NCBI GenBank assembly: GCA_040954595.2
Contig: CM082576.2
Location: 17,407,028-17,471,027 of the forward strand
Length of the DNA: 64,000 bases
Reading direction: 5' to 3'
Source: Balanoglossus misakiensis
Lineage: Eukaryota; Animalia; Hemichordata
Shown here piece after piece: positions 61,901 through 64,000 of this stretch. The notes below the pieces were generated by a model. It searched no databases, was not told where the DNA came from, and saw only the letters and a program-made list of their open reading frames with translations. Position numbers and translations under genes: made by a program. The stretch's first letter is position 1. Each line of letters starts with the position of its first letter.

Positions 61901-62055
61901 ATGGGGAAGGATACATTCAATATGTTTATAATCATATCAATGCAGCTATGAACTAATGTTTTCTACATGATTTTATACAGAATGCATGTCAGACCCTCCT
62001 GGAGAGATTGGAACCCTATATGCTGGCTGAGCCCAAAGGATCATGGAAGGAATGG
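17484..62055 (+). CDS. XDH: Xanthine dehydrogenase/oxidoreductase, 27 coding exons, 3' end beyond the window
   Basis: Open spliced frame of 3339 nt. It contains 2Fe-2S motifs ([20 protein letters not shown]), an FAD domain (GNTELG, RWFAG, ASPISD, GYRKT, RREDDIA) and a Moco domain ([46 protein letters not shown]). Confidence 0.97.
18966..19312. mobile_element. Partial copy of the Academ-like MITE at 25549-25999
   Basis: Starts TAGACTGTCGACAGTCCCTCGCGCCTAATGTG; second TIR truncated. Confidence 0.7.
20078..20135 (+). CDS. XDH: XDH exon 2
   Basis: [19 protein letters not shown]; followed by U12 donor GTATCCTTT. Confidence 0.93.
20136..20605 (+). other. U12-type (minor spliceosome) GT-AG intron, XDH intron 2
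   Basis: 5' site GTATCCTTT; branch site TCCTTAAC at 20582-20589, 16 nt before the intron end; no polypyrimidine tract. Confidence 0.93.
20606..20702 (+). CDS. XDH: XDH exon 3
   Basis: (L)[31 protein letters not shown]. Confidence 0.95.
20977..21085 (+). CDS. XDH: XDH exon 4
   Basis: [36 protein letters not shown]. Confidence 0.95.
21528..21841 (+). mobile_element. Crypton-like hairpin element, family A copy 2 (314 bp)
   Basis: TTAAGCAATA...hairpin...TATTGCTATTATATTATGCCAG...CTGGTATAATATAA; inserted without TSD into a repeat related to 6702-7040. Confidence 0.85.
22230..22418 (+). CDS. XDH: XDH exon 5
   Basis: [17 protein letters not shown]...[21 protein letters not shown]. Confidence 0.95.
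22851..23737 (+). mobile_element. Crypton-like hairpin element, family B (contains family A copy 3)
   Basis: TTAAGCAATAACCCCCGCC...GGCGGGGGTTATTGCTATTATATTATATCA...TGATATAATATA. Confidence 0.8.
23359..23672 (-). mobile_element. Crypton-like family A copy 3 (314 bp)
   Basis: Reverse complement of copy 2 with a few substitutions. Confidence 0.85.
23738..24051 (-). mobile_element. Crypton-like family A copy 4 (314 bp)
   Basis: Reverse complement of copy 2; sits at the terminus of family B. Confidence 0.85.
24375..24536 (-). mobile_element. Decayed family B-type hairpin
   Basis: TGATATAATATATTAGCAATAACCCCC...TTATTACTTAA. Confidence 0.6.
25549..25999. mobile_element. Academ(H)-like MITE with long TIRs and 9-bp TSD
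   Basis: CCAGGCTCA|TAGACTGTCGACAGTCCCTCG ... CGAGGGACTGTCGACAGTCTA|CCAGGCTCA. Confidence 0.82.
26461..28728 (-). mobile_element. 5'-truncated, frameshifted non-LTR retrotransposon (RTE-X-like)
   Basis: EN end (SWLDHIIC...SDHFPV), IPGWN linker, RT motifs [35 protein letters not shown]; (AAT)n tail near 26462-26475. Confidence 0.88.
29310..29381 (+). CDS. XDH: XDH exon 6 (linker)
   Basis: [24 protein letters not shown]; cag/gtaag boundaries. Confidence 0.88.
29868..29948 (+). CDS. XDH: XDH exon 7
   Basis: [27 protein letters not shown]. Confidence 0.9.
31278..31419 (+). CDS. XDH: XDH exon 8
   Basis: [47 protein letters not shown]. Confidence 0.94.
32004..32171 (+). CDS. XDH: XDH exon 9
   Basis: (G)[12 protein letters not shown]...[25 protein letters not shown]. 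Confidence 0.93.
32755..32831 (+). CDS. XDH: XDH exon 10
   Basis: (E)[25 protein letters not shown]. Confidence 0.93.
33108..33201 (+). CDS. XDH: XDH exon 11
   Basis: [31 protein letters not shown]. Confidence 0.95.
33477..33881 (-). mobile_element. Crypton-like hairpin element, family D
   Basis: Hairpin 33712-33880; IR pair TATTACCA (33482) / TGGCAATA (~33701) adjoining the hairpin. Confidence 0.65.
34101..34269. mobile_element. Academ(H)-like MITE with 10-bp TSD
   Basis: AGGTCTTTGA|TAGACTCTCTCAC ... GTGAGAAAGTCTA|AGGTCTTTGA; related fragment at 14790-14880. Confidence 0.8.
34298..34568. mobile_element. Unclassified MITE with ~30-bp TIR and ATAT flanks
   Basis: ATAT|GGGCCGCCGCAAGGGAAAAGGGCCCTTATGCA ... 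TGCATAAGGGCCCTTTTCCCTTGCGGCGGCCC|ATAT. Confidence 0.78.
34681..35421. mobile_element. Internally deleted Harbinger-like element
   Basis: TIR AGTGCCTTTCACAC/GTGTATAGGCACT; convergent ORF starts [16 protein letters not shown] (Myb/SANT-like) and [11 protein letters not shown]...RRRR; TSD not clean. Confidence 0.5.
35910..36466. mobile_element. P-like MITE with 7-bp TSD carrying TTAGGG repeats
   Basis: CACAGGG|CACGGGCGTCATGGAA ... TTCCATGACGCCCGTG|CACAGGG. Confidence 0.78.
36668..36777 (+). CDS. XDH: XDH exon 12
   Basis: (C)[36 protein letters not shown]. Confidence 0.95.
37419..37781. repeat. ~360-bp C/T low-complexity tract before XDH exon 13
   Basis: Read directly; almost purine-free. Confidence 0.97.
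37796..37980 (+). CDS. XDH: XDH exon 13
   Basis: [26 protein letters not shown]...[21 protein letters not shown]. Confidence 0.95.
38508..38673 (+). CDS. XDH: XDH exon 14
   Basis: [55 protein letters not shown]. Confidence 0.93.
38802..39131. mobile_element. TTAA-target MITE (Kolobok-like)
   Basis: TTAA|AGGGACAAAGTC ... GACTTTGTCCCT; second copy at 53686-53925. Confidence 0.78.
40109..40195 (+). CDS. XDH: XDH exon 15 (linker)
   Basis: [29 protein letters not shown]. Confidence 0.87.
41417..41534 (+). CDS. XDH: XDH exon 16
   Basis: [39 protein letters not shown]. Confidence 0.95.
43892..44510. mobile_element. TA-flanked MITE (Tc1/mariner-like)
   Basis: TA|CTGTGAAACAGGAAATTAT ... ATAATTTCCTGTTTCACAG|TA. 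Confidence 0.75.
44584..44635 (+). CDS. XDH: XDH exon 17
   Basis: (G)[16 protein letters not shown]. Confidence 0.93.
44698..44979. mobile_element. Degenerate TAA-flanked GGCC MITE (Zator-like)
   Basis: TAA|GGCCAATG...TGTGTGGCTCCGATAAC ... GTTATCTGAACCACACA...TTGGCA|TTA. Confidence 0.45.
45013..45676 (+). mobile_element. Crypton-like hairpin element, family E
   Basis: Hairpin 45016-45160, then TATACACCT ... AGGTGTATAATA. Confidence 0.75.
45799..46242. mobile_element. TTAA-target MITE
   Basis: TTAA|ACCCCGGTGCGG ... CCGCACCGGGGT|TTAA. Confidence 0.75.
46448..46509. repeat. Exact 31-bp tandem duplication
   Basis: CACCAGCGGGTCATATGATTATGAAAAGTGG x2. Confidence 0.9.
46700..47150 (+). pseudogene. 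DIRS-type tyrosine recombinase C-terminal relic
   Basis: [28 protein letters not shown] (HxxR), [23 protein letters not shown] spread over shifted frames. Confidence 0.6.
47683..47885. mobile_element. TA-flanked CTGT MITE
   Basis: TA|CTGTAAAAC ... GTTTTACAG|TA; related copy at 55997-56188. Confidence 0.7.
49069..49497. mobile_element. Academ(H)-like MITE with 9-bp TSD
   Basis: ATGCAAGTA|TAGCCCAGAGA...GCGTCGATCT ... AGATCGACGC...TCTCCGGGCTA|ATGCAAGTA. Confidence 0.8.
49684..49798 (+). CDS. XDH: XDH exon 18
   Basis: [38 protein letters not shown]. Confidence 0.92.
49808..49990. repeat. (TATG)n/(TG)n microsatellite
   Basis: Read directly. Confidence 0.95.
50305..50424 (+). CDS. XDH: XDH exon 19
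   Basis: [40 protein letters not shown]. Confidence 0.95.
50813..51034 (+). CDS. XDH: XDH exon 20
   Basis: EAIAKESFY...[37 protein letters not shown]. Confidence 0.95.
51570..51703 (+). CDS. XDH: XDH exon 21
   Basis: [44 protein letters not shown]. Confidence 0.95.
52368..52542 (+). CDS. XDH: XDH exon 22
   Basis: [23 protein letters not shown]...[13 protein letters not shown]. Confidence 0.95.
52821..53045 (-). mobile_element. Truncated Crypton-like family B copy
   Basis: Resembles the reverse complement of 23120-23295 and 23695-23737. Confidence 0.7.
53457..53648 (+). CDS. XDH: XDH exon 23
   Basis: [13 protein letters not shown]...[12 protein letters not shown]...CGITQQQ. Confidence 0.95.
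53686..53925. mobile_element. TTAA-target MITE (Kolobok-like), same family as 38802-39131
   Basis: TTAA|AGGGACAAAGTC ... GACTTTGTCCCT|TTAA. Confidence 0.8.
54034..55139 (-). mobile_element. Internally deleted hAT transposon with 5-bp TSD, inserted into a CR1 relic
   Basis: GAGAT|CAGTGTTCGCGG ... CCGCGAACACTG|GAGAT. Transposase N-terminus (...[12 protein letters not shown], from 54757) is joined out of frame to the C-terminal dimerisation motif [19 protein letters not shown]...EGPP (stop 54280). The host reads RGD|MIET. Confidence 0.88.
55246..55869 (+). mobile_element. Crypton-like hairpin element, family F
   Basis: Hairpin 55246-55422, then TTATTATACC ... GGTGTAATAA. Confidence 0.72.
55997..56188. 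mobile_element. TA-flanked CTGT MITE
   Basis: TA|CTGTAAAACACT ... AGTGTTTTACAG|TA. Confidence 0.7.
56568..56716 (+). CDS. XDH: XDH exon 24
   Basis: [19 protein letters not shown]...RCWTECL...RRRQVDIFN. Confidence 0.94.
57007..57133. repeat. (TATG)n microsatellite
   Basis: Read directly. Confidence 0.95.
57352..57433 (+). CDS. XDH: XDH exon 25
   Basis: [27 protein letters not shown]. Confidence 0.95.
58590..58945 (+). mobile_element. L2-type LINE 3' fragment
   Basis: [15 protein letters not shown]...[26 protein letters not shown]. Confidence 0.75.
59005..60000 (+). mobile_element. DINE-1/HINE-like element: terminal hairpin, (GGAT)n and diverged tandem core repeats
   Basis: AGGTCCCA...TGGGACCT hairpin and microsatellite; recurring GCAAAATTTGCATATT / GCTTTGAAATTTGG motifs; homologous to 9100-9410. 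Confidence 0.6.
60586..60810 (+). CDS. XDH: XDH exon 26
   Basis: [38 protein letters not shown]...[16 protein letters not shown]. Confidence 0.95.
60971..61753. mobile_element. Two partial family F copies in inverted orientation
   Basis: 60971-61285 (-) and 61290-61753 (+) both resemble 55390-55869. Confidence 0.68.
61981..62055 (+). CDS. XDH: XDH exon 27
   Basis: [25 protein letters not shown]|gtaag. Confidence 0.94.
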
Positions 62056-62399
62056 GTAAGCTTCTTCATCAGTTTTCTTTCTTTGCTTTTGATCAAAGTA
62101 CAGACATTTGAAGAGGTCTTATTATGAGAGAAAACTTATGGATATTTAGAATTTGAAAACAGATAACCCACTTGTAGTAAAATGCATTTAGAGAGGGACT
62201 TAACTGTAATGCTTTTCTGAATAAAGCTTGATATTATATCAAAAAGGCAGTGGGATTAGATATTCTCTCATGGGAAGTGTTCAGAACGAATTGTGCTGTT
62301 ACTCTGCTTCATAAACTATTTCAACATATTTCCACTTTGGCTATATAATAATAATGTTTTATTTACCCAAGTATTAAGGGGAACATGATGAGTAGCGAA

Positions 62400-62990
62400 A
62401 TACATATGGTGGGTAAATATAAATACTGCAGTCAAGATCGTCTTTCTCAGATTCCAGCTTTTTGAGTCTTTCGTTCAATTCTTGATTCTCCTTCGTTAAT
62501 TTCGTGTTGTTATTTTCAAGTAGAGTTATCTGGGTTTTGAACTGTTCAAACATTGAGTTCATAACGTTGACGGAGACTTTTTTACCTCTTCTGTATTTTC
62601 TTCGACATGCTGGATTGTTACAGACATATTTTCTAGTTTCTGCAGTCTTGTGCTGATTTGGCTCAGTTGAGCAAATATGTCCGAGGATGTCACAGTGTGT
62701 GGGAGGTCTGGTAACGGACGTGATGCTTCACCTACAGTATCCGTTGCAACAGGTGGCGCAGTGTTCTGCGCGGTCGCATAATATTAGTTGTACCACTTAA
62801 CTTGCTGGTGATCTTCTAGAGTCGGAAACCGCTTCTTCCTACAACATATAAACAGCATCAGGTCTCCTTGACACAGCTTTACGCCCCTGATGACATTACA
62901 GTCCTCACACCTTGGTTTAGACATATAGTTATAGTCTCACTTGCAGAGAAAATGTAAACTTAAATTTGGCTGGAGCCGATGTGAACGCAT
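62400..62990 (-). mobile_element. Probable LINE ORF1 5' relic
   Basis: MSKPRCEDCNVIRGVKLCQGDLML followed by coiled-coil-like LLENNNTKLTKENQELNERLKKLESE; frameshifted. Confidence 0.45.
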
Positions 62991-63074
62991 TGTCTCATCG
63001 GAAGCGCCCTCAACTGTGTATATGGAGGAAAGCCTTAACCTAGTCCAAAAAATGCTCATAGTTACCCATGTACA

Positions 63075-63475
63075 TGTATGCCACTGAATTATACAGGAGT
63101 CAGTCTGCCTTCCATAGTGAGTGAACTTTATTCAAGTATTCTTAATAATAGATTGGTTGCATTTCTGGAAAAGCTCAAGTCTTGTCAACATTTGCTTCAA
63201 TTTTTTTTTTTAAACAAATTGCTACCGCGTGGTACAAATGGCTTATTTTACAATTCTATGAAGTGTACATGTACAATAATGACTTTTCCTGTGTTGATAT
63301 TAATTGCACTTTGTCCCATGGTTGAGACTTGAGTACAAATTATGGAGTTAGGCAGGGATATGTTCTTTCTCTAACTTTGTTTTCAATTAACTTGTTATGT
63401 GAAAGTTGGAATTTATAAAGGTCTACACATCAGGATACCAGTGGGAGATCAGGCAATTGGTGTCCTTTTATGATA
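63075..63475 (+). mobile_element. Old LINE reverse-transcriptase fragment
   Basis: PLNYTGVSLPSIVSELYSSILNNRL and GVRQGYVLSLTLF. Confidence 0.6.
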
Positions 63476-64000
63476 GACCGGGCGAGGGGGGGGGGGGGGG
63501 TTGATTATAGATAAACTTCAAAGAGTAATCCCAACACTCTCCCTACCCTATGGTGTCAAACTTCAAAGGTGGAGTATGGTCATTAATGATACTAAACACA
63601 AATTATGTATTTCAGAGGTAAGGATTGTGACAAAACCAAGTTTGTTTTTCGGTATAACAAAAGAATATTAGACATTGTTTAAATATACCTTGGGGTTGTA
63701 TTAGGTGAATTTTTAAACTTGGATATACTGTGAACCTGGAAATTTTTTGCGCATTCTTATTTTCGCGCAATTATGCGCTGGATCGTAAATGCAAATTTAA
63801 GACCGCGCATATGTTTTCAATGTCCCCAAATGTGGCACATGATACGTTGTACCTGCTTCCTTGTTTACACTTCACTATACACGCTCACATACAACACGCA
63901 CATACATACTCTGACGCTGTCAAAATAAAGTATTTTCAGCTATTTTGACAAAGGACTCTATTTTATTTAATACTGTATTCTTGTATTTTAATAAATTATT

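Noticed and set aside
1-64000. CRISPR array or prokaryotic operon
   Set aside because: No regularly spaced repeat-spacer units. The genes are spliceosomal and the DNA is animal-like throughout.

Overview
AT-rich, repeat-dense animal genomic DNA, probably a marine invertebrate (inferred from the 5S sequence, intron positions and TE repertoire). It holds two divergently oriented spliced genes. On the minus strand is the 5' part of tubulin polyglutamylase TTLL5 (coding exons 7828-7620, 4068-3962, 2381-2299, 618-512, continuing left of the window). On the plus strand is xanthine dehydrogenase (27 coding exons, 17484-62055, about 1113 codons, continuing right of the window), whose intron 2 is U12-type. 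An intact solitary 5S rRNA gene lies antisense in a TTLL5 intron. Introns contain many MITEs (hAT-, Harbinger-, Kolobok-, Academ-, Merlin-, P- and Tc1-like), LINE relics and a DIRS recombinase relic. The main finding is a set of six families of small non-coding elements with largely different sequences (probably non-autonomous Crypton-type) that share one design. Each has a long 5' hairpin and an internal site that is the reverse complement of the two joined element ends. Where the target can be reconstructed there is no TSD. The hairpin mismatches are repeatedly tandem G.A pairs (CGAG/CGAG) that can form on only one strand. This suggests tyrosine-recombinase transposition through a folded single-stranded intermediate. 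All calls were made by eye, without database searches.
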